Source: Mustelus asterias
Lineage: Eukaryota
Assembly (NCBI RefSeq): GCF_964213995.1
Contig: NW_027590119.1
Coordinates: forward strand, 992,001 to 1,056,000
Direction of reading: 5' to 3'
Length of the DNA: 64,000 bases
In this document: positions 35,209 through 48,821 of the stretch, piece by piece
Layout: every line of letters begins with the position of its first letter
Position numbering within the stretch: the stretch's first letter is position 1
Translations under genes and position numbers: made by a program
Notes under the pieces: model-generated
The model's input: the letters and a program-made list of their open reading frames with translations, nothing else
The model's database searches: none
Told to the model about the DNA's origin: nothing

Positions 35209-36839
35209 TCTCGAGGAATTAAGGGCTATGGGGAGAGAGCGGGTAAATGGAGTTGAAATCAACCATGATTGAATGGTGGAGAGGACTCGATGGGCCGAAT
35301 GGCCTTACTTCCGCTCCTATGTCTTATGGTCTAAAGTAAGAACTCTTGGGAGAGAGAAAAAAACCTGTCCAACCTGACCTGTCAATCATTCTTCCCACAA
35401 CACTTCAAACTCACAAAGTGCATTAAGCCCAGATTAAAGAGAAACAAAAACCCATTCAAACCATTTAAGCAGCAATAAAAGGACACACAAACATTCAGCC
35501 AATGCCACAATGAAAAACAAAGGCCTGCTTCCAAACTGCAGAAAACGTGATTTAAAAATACAGTTCTTAAATGCACAGTAACATCACACCAGTAAATGTG
35601 ACAATCATCGACTTTGATTCATCCTCCCCATCTGCAAATTATCTCACACAATTCTAAATTATTGACGAGTTGTAAATACATCTGGTTCAAACATTCAAGC
35701 ACAAACTTCAAAGGTTCTCCAGCTCTCTGCTCACCTGCATCCACCTTGAGGATATTTTCAAAAGCCAGATTTAGATCACTCTTCAGCTTAAGTTTACTCC
35801 CTCTGATAGATACCAGTGTGTTTCATTCGATCCTGATTGTTTTAAAGTCAGTTTCTCTGCAAAATATGCCAATATCTTGACAAATTAAAATATCTTCCCA
35901 TTCTACTGACAATGTTAAGCACTCAATGTTGTTCTGTTGTCGAATAGCTGAACACGCCTGTTCCTCAGTGCAGTGGCACATGTTAGTTACACCACATGTG
36001 ACATATCACATGTGCGCACTCACACTGGTATCCCAAAGGATGCTCCATGTACCATCTGAGACACCCATTCCTAGATTTTCAAGTGATCGCAAGGAAGTGT
36101 CTATATGAAAATGTTTGCTTATCTCTCTCTCTGTATGGTTCCAATGTCTTCAGGCAGAGGCCGGGTTATCTGATTCAGTTTGTTTTAAAGTTCACAAGCA
36201 AGGATACAAACATCTCCAAGAGAAAACTATTACTTGACTCATCTCCACTTTCCTGACTTCTACAAGAACGTACGTGGATATCCTGTTTGTCTATTCCACT
36301 GAACTAGACCCAGAGTGAATTACTTCAATTCCCATTTGCTGGTGTGAATTTTTTCCATGTTTGATTCCAAATGGGGCTTCCCTTTCTCTCTGTTTCAGGA
36401 GAATGCGGAAACTTTTCTGTCCAATTGAACACTCACTCAATAGTGTATTTTGAGATCAGAGGCAGAAGTACAGGTAGTTGTATCAGTTTGGGGTAACGCT
36501 CATATCTCCCATTCTCAGGAGGTTTGATTTAAATGATAACAAATGGGATGAAGTCAAATCTTCAAAAAGCAGAATCTTTGGTTTAAGTTGTCACCGTGCT
36601 GCCTGATTGTAAAAGGGTGAAGCAAATATTCCAATTATGTCAACTTTATTTTCAGATCAAAGGTGAACCAAACACCATTTTGATCTTTGCGTTTCCAATT
36701 ATTTTGGCATTTTTTCTCAGTTTTTCCAAAATGTTTTTTTCTTCATTCTTCAAGTGTCTTTCCAAATAAATATATTATAACTCAAGGAAAATTAAACCAC
36801 AAAAGTGCGTTTTCACAGGTAAATGTCAACCTTCTAAGG

Positions 36840-37695
36840 TGGGGTTGTGGATAGTCTGGAGGGATGTCAGAAGTTACAGAGGGACATAGATAGGATGCAA
36901 GACTGGGCGGACAAGTGGCAGATGGACTTCAACCCAGATAAATGCGTCGTGGTCCATTTTGGTAGGTCAAATGGGATGAAGGAGTACAATATAAAGGGAA
37001 AGACTCTTAGTACTGTTGAGGATCCGAAGGACCTTGGGGTCCGGGTCCATAGGACTCTAAAATCGGCCCCGCAGGTGGAGGAGGTGGTTAAGAAGGCGTA
37101 TGGTGTGCTGGCCTTTATCAATCGAGGGACTGAGTTTAGGAGTCCGGGGATAATGATGCAGCTATATAAGACCCTCGTCAGACCCCACTTGGAGTACTGT
37201 GCTCAGTTCTGGTCGCCTCACTATAGGAAGGATGTGGAAAAGATTGAAAGATTTACAAGGATGTTGCCTGGATTGAGTGGCATGCCTTATGAGGATAGGC
37301 TGAGGGAGCTCAGTCTTTTCTCCTTGGAGAGACGAAGGATGAGAGGAGACCTAATAGAGGTGTATAAGATGTAGAGAGGCATAGATCGGGTGGACTCTCA
37401 GAGGCTTTTTCCCAGGGTGGAAATGTCTGCTACGAGAGGACTCAGGTTTAAGGTGCTAGGGGGTAGGTACAGGGGAGATGTTAGGGGTAAGTTTTTCACA
37501 CAGAGGGTGGTGGGCGAGTGGAATCGGCTGCCGTCAGTGGTGGTGGAGGCAAACTCAATAGGGTCTTTTAAGAGACTCCTGGATGAGTACATGGAGCTTA
37601 ATAGGATGGAGGGTTATAGGTAGGTCTAGAAGGTAGGGATGTGTTCGGCACAACTTGTGGGCCGAAGGGCCTGTTTGTGCTGTAGTTTTTCTATG
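36840..37695 (+). mobile_element. CR1 3' fragment
   Basis: LQRDIDR..HLEYCAQFWSP..; same subfamily as 62436-62958. Confidence 0.9.
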
Positions 37696-38169
37696 TCAGA
37701 AAGAGTTAAAGAGGGTGGAGCTTCCCTCAGCCTGTGAGCTCCGAAGTACAACTTCAAAGCTTAAGTTAAGAATCAAACATTTTGGTGCCTTTTCCAATTG
37801 TACAAGTAAATTGTAATTCACACTGAAAGGTTCACTTTCACTCAGTAATTAGAACATTTCACTTTTCTCAGCACAGGAGCTGGCAGCATTTTAGATTCAA
37901 TACCAATTGTTCACTCCTCTTGTAGCTGGTGTGTGGAGAAGATCATGTTCACTGGAGATCTGTCAGCACAGAAACCGCACTGTGCTTCTGGATACACTCA
38001 GTCTGCAAGTAGCTGGAGTCATTTAAACATGACTCTAGTGAAGGCCTTCCCAGTGATACTAAGGAGTGAGATGTTCCTGTAGTTGTTGCAATCTCCTCTG
38101 TCACTGCATGTTTTGTACATTGTGAAGATTTTTGTGTCACGTATCTCCTGTGGAACAGGCCCTACCTCC

Positions 38170-38870
38170 CAACAGAGAAGCTGGAGGTTATGAAGATGTG
38201 GCAGCGATGGGACTTTCCGTGTCTGAACAGTTCAGCTGGAACTCATCCTTGCTGGGAGCCTTTCTGCTTTTCAGCAATCAATGGCCTTTTCCAGCTCAAG
38301 TGATGAGGATTCCTCGTCCAACTCAACCATGACAGGAAGCTGCAGTAGAATCAAACAGAGACTGGGAGGTATCCATCTCACGGGAGTACAGCTCACAGTC
38401 GTGTTCAACCCAGTGGGACATCTGTTTACTTCTGTTGGTGAGAACTTCACCATCTGCCGATTTCAGGGGAACAATTTGGTGATTGTAGGACAAAGCATCA
38501 TATTCATCCCATCATACATAGCACAGAGATGTTCATTATCACAGGCAGTTTGGAATTATTGGTGTAGGATTGTCCGGTGTTTATTAACAGAGTATCTCAC
38601 TGTTTTCAAAATTTCTGATGCAATGTTCCAGCTGTTGGGTTTATGTTGAGCATCAGGTCGGCTTTGCTTTTTACTTCAATGACAGGTATCATCTCTGCTG
38701 AGTGGATCTCAAACCAGTCTTTGTTGTGGGAGCCACCTTTACCAAATGTTGCTGCTGCTGTGTCAGAAATGGGTGAACTCAGAGACCTCCAAGTTTCATC
38801 AACTTCAATATTGATTGTTAAGGATTTTATGTGAGATTTAACTGTGCCTGTATAATATTTCACTATTTTG
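38170..38870 (-). mobile_element. Degenerate RTE-clade LINE fragment
   Basis: TFGK..NKDWFE, MYDGM..GP, PLKS, ELEKAID..KAP linker motifs typical of RTE. Confidence 0.6.
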
Positions 38871-39217
38871 TTTATGTTCCTTCATATTTAATTTCATAAT
38901 GTACGTGTCACTGTGAAGACGTCAGTCACAATTGTCAGCAAGGATTAATCAGGACTTTCTAATTGGAGATGTTAATCAGTGGAACCTCTCACACACTGAT
39001 TTGCATCAAAGATTAATTTAGGATTGAAGTAAAGTTCATCATTTTATGTTGAACAGGTTCTTGTTAAGGATTCTTGAATTTAGGGGAAAGATCACAGAAG
39101 GTGTTTTTAAAAAGGGACATTGCAGCTCCGAAAATCAGTGACATCTCCAGAATATTAAACTCCAGCTACTTATAGGGATGTTAATATCAGCAAAATCGAA
39201 CCAATATTATCAGACTA

Positions 39218-39866
39218 TCAATCCTGGCTGTGATTAAAAGCAGAATCCAATCCTTGCAGTCTATTATGAATTTGCTGGTGTCTCAGCAGGCTGGAGGACC
39301 TTGTGAATGCCTTTCCACACAAGGAGCAGGTGAAAGGTCTCTCCCCAGAGTGAGTGCGTTGATGAGTCAGGAGGTTGGATGACTGCTTGAAACTCTTTCC
39401 ACAGGTACTGCAGCTGAATGGATTCTCCTGAGTGTGAGTGCGGTGGTGGGACTGGAGGGTGAATAACTGAGCGAATCCCTTCCCACACACCGAGCAGGTG
39501 AATGGTCTCTCCCCGGTGTGAAGTCGCTGGTGCCTCACCAGATCAAATGACTGGGAGAATTTCTTCCCACATATGGAGCAGCTGAACGGTCTCTCCCCGG
39601 TGTGAGTGCGTTGGTGAGCAGTCAGGGTGGATGACTGTCCAAAACTCTTTCCACAGGAGGTGCAGCTGAACGGTTTCTCCTCAGTGTGAATTCGCTGATG
39701 TGTCCAAAGGCCAGATGACCGAGTGAATCTCTCACCGCACACAGAGCAGGTGAACGGCTTCACCCCAGTGTGAATCCGCTGGTGTGTAGCGAGGCTGGAT
39801 GTGCTGTTGAACCTCTTCCCACAGTGAGTGCAGCTGAAGGGCCTCTCCTCAGTGTGAATTCTCTGT
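39218..39866 (-). pseudogene. C2H2 zinc-finger gene, 7 fingers, 5' end replaced by Penelope
   Basis: Finger frame is open to ~39866, then enters Penelope sequence with an in-frame TGA; no ATG. Confidence 0.75.
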
Positions 39867-40729
39867 CTTGCCTGGTGATTGTCGAGCGGTGTTCATTCAT
39901 CCGTTGTCGCAGGGTCTGCATAGTTTCCCCAATGTACCATGCCTCGGGACATCCTTTCTTGCAGCGTATCAGGTAGACAACGTTGGCCGAATTGCAAGAG
40001 TATGTACCGTGTACCTGGTGGATGGTGTTCTCACGTGAGATGATGGCATCTGTGTCGATGATCCGGCAAGTCTTGCAGAGGTTGCTGTGGCAGGGTTGTG
40101 TGGTGTCATGGTCACTGTTCTCCTGAAGGCTGGGTAGTTTGCTGCGGACAATGGTCTGTTTGAGGTTGTGCACTTGTTTGAAGGCAAGAAGTGGGGGTGT
40201 GGGGATGGCCTTGGCGAGATGTTCGTCTTCATCAATGACATGTTGAAGGCTCCGGAGGAGATGCCGTAGCTTCTCCGCTCCGGGGAAGTACTGGACGACG
40301 AAGGGTACTCTGTCCACTGTGTCCCATGTTTGTCTTCTGAGGTCGGTGCGGTTTTTCGCTGTGGCGCGTTGGAACTGTTGATCAATGAGTCGAGCGCCAT
40401 ATCCTGTTCTTATGAGGGCATCTTTCAGCTTTTGGAGGTGTCTGTTGCGATCCTCCTCATCCGAGCAGATCCTGTGTATACGGAGGGCTTGTCCGTAGGG
40501 GATGGCTTCTTTAACGTGTTTAGGGTGGAAGCTGGAGAAGTGGAGCATTGTGAGGTTATCCGTGGGCTTGCGGTACAGTGAGGTGCTGAGGTGACCGTCC
40601 TTAATGGAGATGCGTGTGTCCAAGCTTGTGTGGCTTTTGCTACCAAATAAACCTGTTGGACTTTAACCTGGTGTTGTTAAACTTCTTACTGTGTTTACCC
40701 CAGTCCAACACCGGCATCTCCACATCATG
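39864..40729 (-). mobile_element. Penelope RT C-terminus + GIY-YIG endonuclease with inverted pLTR tail (40622-40729, +)
   Basis: TSLYRKPTD..SSFHP..AIPYGQALRIHRICS; CKTC; VVYLIRC..YIGET. Confidence 0.95.
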
Positions 40730-41157
40730 ATATAAAACCCCACAGTCACTGACACCAATCTCCTCCTGTCTGATATAAACCCCACAGTCACTGACACCAA
40801 TCCCCTCCTGTCTGATATAAACCCCACAGTCACTGACACCAATCTCCTGCTGACTGATGTAAACCCCACACTGACACCAATCCCCTCCTGTCTGATATAA
40901 ACCCCACACTGACACCAATCTCCTGCTGACTGATGTAAACCCCACAGTCACTGACACCAATCCCCTCCTGTCTGATATAAACCCCACACTGACACCAATC
41001 TCCTCCTGTCTGATATAAACCCCACACTGACACCAATCTCCTCCTGTCTGATATAAACCCCACACTGACACCAATCTCCTCCTGTCTGATATAAACCCCA
41101 CACTGACACCAATCTCCTCCTGTCTGATATAAACCCCACACTGACACCAATCCCCTC
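40728..41157. repeat. Minisatellite, ~11 units of 38/42 bp
   Basis: CTGATATAAACCCCACA(GTCA)CTGACACCAATCTCCTCCTGT. Confidence 0.95.
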
Positions 41158-41789
41158 CCCTCAGTTAATTTGATTTAGTTTACTTGTTTACTCAATAAGA
41201 TTGATACCAATCTCTCCTGTCTGATGATTTTGTAGCCCCTTTTTCATGAAAGATATACACCAGTTTGTTATTTCAATTGGACCTGTCTTCATTCCCGGGC
41301 CGAGGGGATTTCAGTACCAGGCGGAAGGGGTAAAATTTGGGAACGCTTGATTCTCCACCAATTCCCATTCCCCTTCTTTCTGGGGGATAACGGAGCTCTC
41401 ACTGTGTGTAATGTGCAGGTCAGTAAGAATTGTCAGCAAGGATTAATCAGCACTTTCTAATTGGAGATGTTCATCAGTAGAACCTCTCAGACACTAAATT
41501 GGCAAGTTTGAATCAAAGATCAATTGAGGATTGAAGTAAAAGTTCAATATTTGTGGCAAACTGATTGCTGGTGGAATTCTCTGAATTCAGGGGAATGATC
41601 ACAGACACATATTCTTAAAGGGAGGCTGCAGGCCCAGGAACACAATCAGCTAACTAACTAGAATCTTAAACTCCAGCCAGAACTATGGTTGGTGACATCA
41701 GAGAGACAAACCTGAATTGTCAGAATGAACACGGTTCAGTCCTGGGTATAGTGAACGCCAGCAACATCAGTGGAATCCAAACCCTTCAG

Positions 41790-43135
41790 TCACTTGTGAA
41801 CTTGCTGGTGTGTCAGCAGGTGGGCTCGCTGACTGAATCCCCTCCCACACACTGAACAGGTGAATGGCCTCTCCTGGGTGTGAACTTGCTGGTGTGTCAG
41901 CAGGTGGGCTCGCTGACTGAATCCCCTCTCACACACTGAACAGGTGAATGGCCTCTCCTGGGTGTGAACTTGCTGGTGTGTCAGCAGGTGGGCTCGCTGA
42001 CTGAATCCCCTCCCACACACTGAACAGGTGAATGGCCTCTCCTGGGTGTGAACTTGCTGGTGTGTCAGCAGGTGGGCTCGCTGACTGAATCCCCTCTCAC
42101 ACACTGAACAGGTGAATGGCCTCTCCTGGGTGTGAACTTGCTGGTGTGTCAGCAGGTGGGCTCGCTGACTGAATCCCCTCTCACACACTGAACAGGTGAA
42201 TGGCCTCTCCTGGGTGTGAACTTGCTGGTGTGTCAGCATGTGGGCTCGCTGACTGAATCCCCTCTCACACACTGAACAGGTGAATGGCCTCTCCTGGGTG
42301 TGAACTTGCTGGTGTGTCAGCAGGTGGGCTCGCTGACTGAATCCCCTCTCACACACTGAACAGGTGAATGGCCTCTCCTGGGTGTGAACTTGCTGGTGTG
42401 TCAGCAGGTGGGCTCGCTGACTGAATCCCCTCTCACACACTGAACAGGTGAATGGCATCTCCTGGGTGTGAACTTGCTGGTGTGTCAGCAGGTGGGCTCG
42501 CTGACTGAATCCCCTCTCACACACTGAACAGGTGAATGGCCTCTCCTGGGTGTGAACTTGCTGGTGTGTCAGCAGGTGGGCTCGCTGACTGAATCCCCTC
42601 TCACACACTGAACAGGTGAATGGCCTCTCCCGGGTGTGAATTCGCTGGTGTGTCAAAAGGTTGGATGAAGTTGTGAATCCTTTCTCACACATGGAACAAA
42701 CGTATGGTCTCTCGCCAGTGTGAACTCGCTGGTGTGTAAGCAGGTTTGATGAATTAGTGAATTGCTTCTCACACACAGAGCAGGTGAATGGCCTCTCCCT
42801 AGTGTGAACACGCTGGTGTGTCAGCAGCTGGGATAACTGAGTGAATCCCCTCCCACAAACAGAGCAGGTGAATGGCTTCTCTCCAGTATGAACTCTGCAG
42901 TGTATCAGAAGCTCAGATGACTGAGTGAATCCCTTCCCACACACACAACAGGGGAACGGTCTCTCGCCTGTGTGAAATCGCTGGTGTCTCAGCAGAGTGG
43001 TTGACTGAGTGAATCCCTTCCCACATACAGAGCAGGTGAATGGTTTCTCTCCAGTGTGACTGCGTCGATCAATTTCCAGCCGAGATGGATACTTGAATCC
43101 CTTTCCACAATCCCCACATTTACACGGTTTCTCTG
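41790..43135 (-). CDS. C2H2 zinc-finger gene, ~16 fingers, last 10 near-identical; family start codon lost
   Basis: Open frame from TEKPCKCGDC (ACA in place of ATG); first in-frame ATG is internal; possibly a pseudogene. Confidence 0.65.
41793..42635 (-). repeat. 10 x 84-bp coding tandem repeat
   Basis: RPFTCSVC(E/G)[19 protein letters not shown] repeated with very few nucleotide changes. Confidence 0.95.
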
Positions 43136-43289
43136 TGGTGCTGGTATCCTTGTTTCTCTCCAGGTTGGTTGATCAGTTCAAGCCTCATACACAGTACACG
43201 TGGATTCCATCTGCCAAAGTGTAACCTCTTATTTATTGTCCCCCTCCCCCATCCTCTGATGTGAACCATCCTCCAGTGGCTGAGCCAGG

Positions 43290-44000
43290 ATGGGGCCGTT
43301 AACCTGGGCCTGTTCCCGGGAGGGAGGGAGGGAGAAGCCCCGCAGCTGCAAACCAGGGAGCTGACAATGATTCTGAAGGGTTTGCGGATCCACAAAGTGT
43401 TTCCAAATCCTCCCAGCCACCGCCTAACGCTGACTCCGCTTCTCCGGGACAAACAAGCGCCAAGGACAGCAATGACACTGCGCATGCTCCACATCACAAT
43501 GCCCAGGGGACTGATTGACGGCAGCTCCGAACCAATCGGAAGAGGGGGCGGGACTGGAGGACCGAGCGGGAGCGGCTGGTCCTCCAACCAATCGGAGTGA
43601 ATGAGGGGCGGGACCTGAAACATGCGCAGCTCCGGACCAATCGGAAGAGTTTCCTGTTCCACGCATGGGAGAAGTGCGCATGCGCAGTAAGCAAAGGCGT
43701 TTGCAGCACGCGCAGTGCGGGTGACAGCAACTGGAGAGAAGTTCCTGTGTCTCATCAGCAGCCGGTAAGGATGCAGAAACATAAAGGGAGCAATCGAACC
43801 GGCGGATGGACGTAGACGTTTTCTAAATACCTGTTAAAGGCCTCAAGCATCGAATATGAGCCCGTAGGTCCCGTGTTTGCAGTTTCGGGTCTTTTTCCCG
43901 AGACGAAGCTCAGGTTAACAGCCGCCATCTTGATTGAGCAGGGAGCAGAGCGCATGCGCTGGTGTCTTGGTGACGCAACCGTGAGGGGGCGGGTCTTTGT
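43290..44000. promoter_or_regulatory. Bidirectional CpG-island promoter between head-to-head ZNF genes
   Basis: 3 CCAATCGG, GC boxes, NRF1 TGCGCATGCGCA, YY1 GCCGCCATCTT, donor CCG|GTAAGG at 43765. Confidence 0.75.
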
Positions 44001-44169
44001 GTTTCTGCTCCCACCGGATCCTAGTGCTCGGAAACATGACTAAATTTGAGCATCAGATTTTCAAACAGCTTCACCCACTCCCAGGCTGCACCTCACGTTT
44101 GCAGCCGAGAGAAGTTAATGGGTCATGTACATATTCAGTATGAGAGGTTGCATCCCGGAATACTTACCT

Positions 44170-46210
44170 GAAGCGGTTACACGGCTTTTGTACTTGTTGG
44201 AGTTTAGAAGGTTGAGGAGGAATTTATTGAAACTTACAGGGTACGGCGTGGCCTGGACAGAGTGGACGTGGAGAGGATGTTTCCACGAGTAGATAAAACT
44301 AGAACCAGAGGCACAACCTCAGACTAAAGGGATGTTCCTTTCAAACAGAGATGAGGAAGAATTTCTTCAGCCAGAGTCATCGAGGTTTACAGCATGGAAA
44401 CAGGCCCTTCGGCCCAACTTGTCCATGCTGCCCTTTTTTTTAAAACCCCTGAAGCTAATCCCAATTGCCTGCATTTGGCCCACATCCCTCTATTCCCATC
44501 GCACCCATGTAACTATCTAAATGCTTTTTAAAAGATACAATTGTACCCACAGCTTGTTCCAGACACTCACCACCCTCTGTGTGAACAAATTGCCCCTCTG
44601 GACACTTTTGTATCTCTCCCCTCTCACCTTAAACCTATGCCCTCTAGTTTTAGACTCCCCTACCTTTGGGAAAAGATATTGACTATCTACCTTGTCTATG
44701 CCCCTCATTATTTTATAGACTTCTATAAGATCACCCCTCAGCCTCCTACGCTCCAGAGAAAAAAGTTCCAGTCCATTCAGCCTCTCCTTATACTCAATCC
44801 ATCAAGTCCCAGTAGCATCCTACTAAATCTTTTCTGCACTCTTTCTAGTTTAATAATATCCTTTCTATAATAGGGTGACCAGAATTGCACACAGTATTCC
44901 AACACTTTGGAAAAAAGAATAGAGGCATGGACTATTTTCTAAACGGTGACAAAATTCATAATGCTAAAGTGCAAAGGGACTTGGGAGTCCTAGTCCAGGA
45001 TTCTCTAAAGGTAAACTTGCAGGTTGAGTCCGTAATTAAGAAAGCAAATGTAATGTTGTCATTTATCTCAAGAGGCTTGGAATACAAAAGCAGGGATGTA
45101 CTTCTGAGGCTTTATAAAGCACTGGTTAGGCCCCATTTGGAGTACTGTGAGCAATTTTGGGCCCCACACCTCAGGAAGGACATACTGGCACTGGAGCGGG
45201 TCCAGCGGAGATTCACACGGATGATCCCAGGAATGGTAGGCCTGACATACGATGAACGTCTGAGGATCGTGGGATTATATTCATTGGAGTTTAGGAGGTT
45301 GAGGGGAGATCTGATAGAAACTTACAAGATAATGAACGGCTTAGATAGGATGGACGTAGGGAAGTTGTTTCCATTAACAGGGGAGACTAGGACGCGGGGG
45401 CACAGCCTTAGAATAAAAGGGAGTCACTTTAGAACAGAGATGAGGAGAAATTTCTTCAGCCAGAGAGTGGTGGGTCTGTGGAATTCATTGCCACAGAGGG
45501 CTGTGGAGGCCGAGACGTTGAGCGTCTTCAAGACAGAAATTGATAAATTCTTGATTTCTCGAGGAATTAAGGGCTATGGGGAGAGAGCGGGTAAATGGAG
45601 TTGAAATCAACCATGATTGAATGGTGGAGTGGACTCGATGGGCCGAATGGCCTTACTTCCGCTCCTATGTCTTATGGTCTTATGGTCTTAAGTGTGGCCT
45701 TACCAATGTCTTGTACAACTTCAACAAGACGTCCGAACTCCTGTATTCAATGTTCTGACCGATGAAACCAAGCATGCTGAATGCCTTCTTCACCACTCTG
45801 TCCACCTGTGACTCCACTTTCAAGGAGCTATGAACATGTACCCCTAGATCTCTTAGTTCTGTAACTCTCCCCAACGCCCTACCATTAACTGAGTAAGTCC
45901 TGTCCTGGTTCAATCTACCAAAATGCATCACTTCGCATTTGTCGAAATTAAATTCCATCTGCCATTCGTCAGTCCACTGGCCCACCAGAGAGTGGTGAAT
46001 CTGTGGAACTCTTTGCCACAGAAGGCTGTGGAGGCCAGGTCTTTGAGTGTCTTTAAGACAGAGATAGATAGGTTCTTGATTAATAAGTGGATCAGGGGTT
46101 ATGGGGAAAAGGTAGGAGAATGGGGATGAGAAAAATATCAGCCCATGACTGAATGGTGAAGCAGCCTCGATGGGCCGAGTCGCCTAATTCTGCTCCTATG
46201 TCGTATGGCC
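44170..46210. mobile_element. Three-level CR1 nest: outer + (44170-44376 / 45985-46210), middle - (44377-44900 / 45690-45984), inner + (44901-45689)
   Basis: Reading frames resume across the inserts; CCAGAG repeated at the outer junctions. Confidence 0.8.
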
Positions 46211-46534
46211 TCTTGGTTACACTTCAGCCCCAGGCTCCTCATGTTTACATAGAAACATGCATAGAAAATAGAAGCAGAAGGAGGCCATTCAGCCCTTTGA
46301 ACGTTCCCTGCCATTCATTATGGTCATGGCTGATCCTCAAATTCAATACCCTTGTCCCACCCATCCCCCCATAATATCCCTTTTGCCCCAAGAGATATAT
46401 ATCTACTTTTGAGGAATGGAGATCCAAAGATTCACGACCCACTGTGAGAAAAATATCTAATCTCTGTCTCTATGCGCAACACTTGTTTAAACAGTGACCC
46501 CGAGATTCTCCCATAAGAGTAAACAACACTTCCA

Positions 46535-47876
46535 ACAAGTTGTTGGAAGGTATTTTGAGAGACAGGATCTACAGGCATGCAGAGAGGCAAGGACTGATTA
46601 GAAACAGTCAGCATGGCTTTGGAGTGGAAAATCATGTCTCACAAATTTGATTGAGTTTTTTGAATGGGTAACCAAGAAGTTAGATGAGGGCAGTGCAGTT
46701 GATGTTCTTTACATGGACTTTAGCAAGGCCTTTGACAAGGTATCAAATGGTAAGTTGTTGCATAAGGGTAATCTCACGGGATCCAGGATGAGGTAGCCAA
46801 ATAGGTACAAAACTGGCTTGATGACAGAAGACAGAGGGTGGTTGTAGATGGTTGTTTTTCAAACTGGAGGCCTGTGACCAGCCGTGTGCCTCAGGGATCA
46901 GTGTTGGGTCCACTGTTATTTGTCATTTATATTCATGATGTGGATGAGAATTTAGTAGGCATGGTTAGTAAGTTTGCAGTATGGTTAGTAAGTTTGCAGA
47001 TGACACCAGGATTGGTGGCATAGTGGACAGTGAAGAAGGTTACCTAGGATTGCATCGGGATCTTGATCAATTGGGCCAGTGGGCTGGTGAATGGCAGATG
47101 GAGTTTAATTTTGATAAATGCGAGGTGATGCATTTTGGTAGATTGAACCAGGACAGGACTTACTCAGTTAATGGTAGGGCATTGGGGAGAGTTACAGAAC
47201 AAAGAGATCGAGGGGTACAGGTTCATAGGTAGAGTGGTGAAGAAGGCATTCGGCATGTTTGGTTTCATTGGTCAGAACATTAAATACAGGAGTTGGGATG
47301 TCTTGTTGAAGTTGTACAAGACTTGTGTAAGGCCACACTTGGAATACTGTGTGCAGTTCTGGTCACCCTATTATAGAAAGGTTGTTATTAAACGAGAAAG
47401 AGTGCAGAAAAGATTTACGAGGATGCTACTGGGATTTGATGGTTATAAGGAGAGACTGGATAGACTGGGAATTTTTTTTCTGGAGCGCAGGAGGCATAGG
47501 GGTGATCTTATAGCGGTCTATAAAATAATGAGGGCCATAGATCAGCTAGATAGTCAATATCTTTTTGCAAAGGTAGGGGAGTCTAAAACTAGAGGGCATA
47601 GATTTCAGGTGAGAAGGGAGAGGGGCAAAGGGTCCAGAGGGGCAATATTTTCATACAGAGGGTGGAGAGTGTCTTGAGCAAACTGCCAGAGGTAGTAGCA
47701 GAGGCGGGTACAATTTTGTCTTTTGAAAAGCATTTAGATAGTTACACGGGTATGATGGGTATAGAGGGATATGGGCCAAATGCGGGCAATTGGGACTAGT
47801 TTCGGGGTTAAAAAAAGGGGCAGCATGGACAAGTTGGGCTGAAGGGCCTGTTTCTATGCTATAAACCTCTATGACT
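46535..47876 (+). mobile_element. CR1 ORF2 3' part, degenerate
   Basis: [22 protein letters not shown] and tail. Confidence 0.9.
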
Positions 47877-48821
47877 CCTCTCCACATCCAAGACCTTTCA
47901 GGATCTGAAAGGTTTAAATTAAGTTGCCTCTTACTCTTTTAAACTCGAGCAGAGACTGTCTCACTGCTCCTCATCAGACTATCCACCTATTCCAGGTGTT
48001 AGTCGACTAAACCTTCTATGAACTTCTAATGCATTTATATTTTTCCTTAAATAAGGAAATCGATAATGTACACATTGCTCCAGATACAGACTCACCGTGT
48101 GCAACTGAAACATAACTTCCCTGCTTTTACTCCATTCCCCTCATAACAAATAATAGCTTTCTGAATTACTTGTACCTGGATTTTCTATCGTGATGGATTT
48201 TGGATATTTTTTGTTACAGGGGGTTAGAAAGGGAGGATTTACACACCACAAGCTCAAACCAAGAGAAAATGTTGTCTCTTCTGATACGGGCTTTCTGAAT
48301 GGGATAAGTAGGTAGATGTGAATGGAATGTTTCCACTTGTTGGTTTTTCCATTACTGGGAACCATGAACAGACAACAAATAAATCAAACAGGAAAATAGG
48401 AGATGTTTCTTTCTTCAGACAGTTGTTAGAATTTGGAACTCACTGCGACTGGAAGTGGTTGACACAAATACTTTAGATGCTTTCAAAAGGAAAATATATG
48501 AGCCTATGAGAGAAAAGGGATTGGAAAAATCAAGTGAAAAGCTGAGATGTGGTGATCAGAATGAGAGGAGACTCATGTGGAGTATAAACTCCAGGACAGA
48601 CTCGATAAACCGAATGGCCTGTTTGTGTATTGTCACAGACAGAACAAACAATTCTCCTTCCCTGTTCAAAGACAATAACAATCAGCTCCTAATGATCCGA
48701 GTGACTGTCAGATCTCAACGTGATGTTTGGTTTGTGTTTTCTTGCTGTAAATCCTCCTTTCCAATATCCTGTAAAGGGAGTTTACAAAAGTCATCACTGT
48801 CAGTCCAGGATAGATATATTC

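Noticed and set aside
40640-41157. Repeat-protein ORFs or CRISPR
   Set aside because: Plain minisatellite, open in several frames
41790-42944. PRDM9 orthologue
   Set aside because: No PR/SET, SSXRD or KRAB exons seen; contact residues invariant
43120-43782. 220-aa ORF
   Set aside because: Spans a CpG promoter, no recognisable domain
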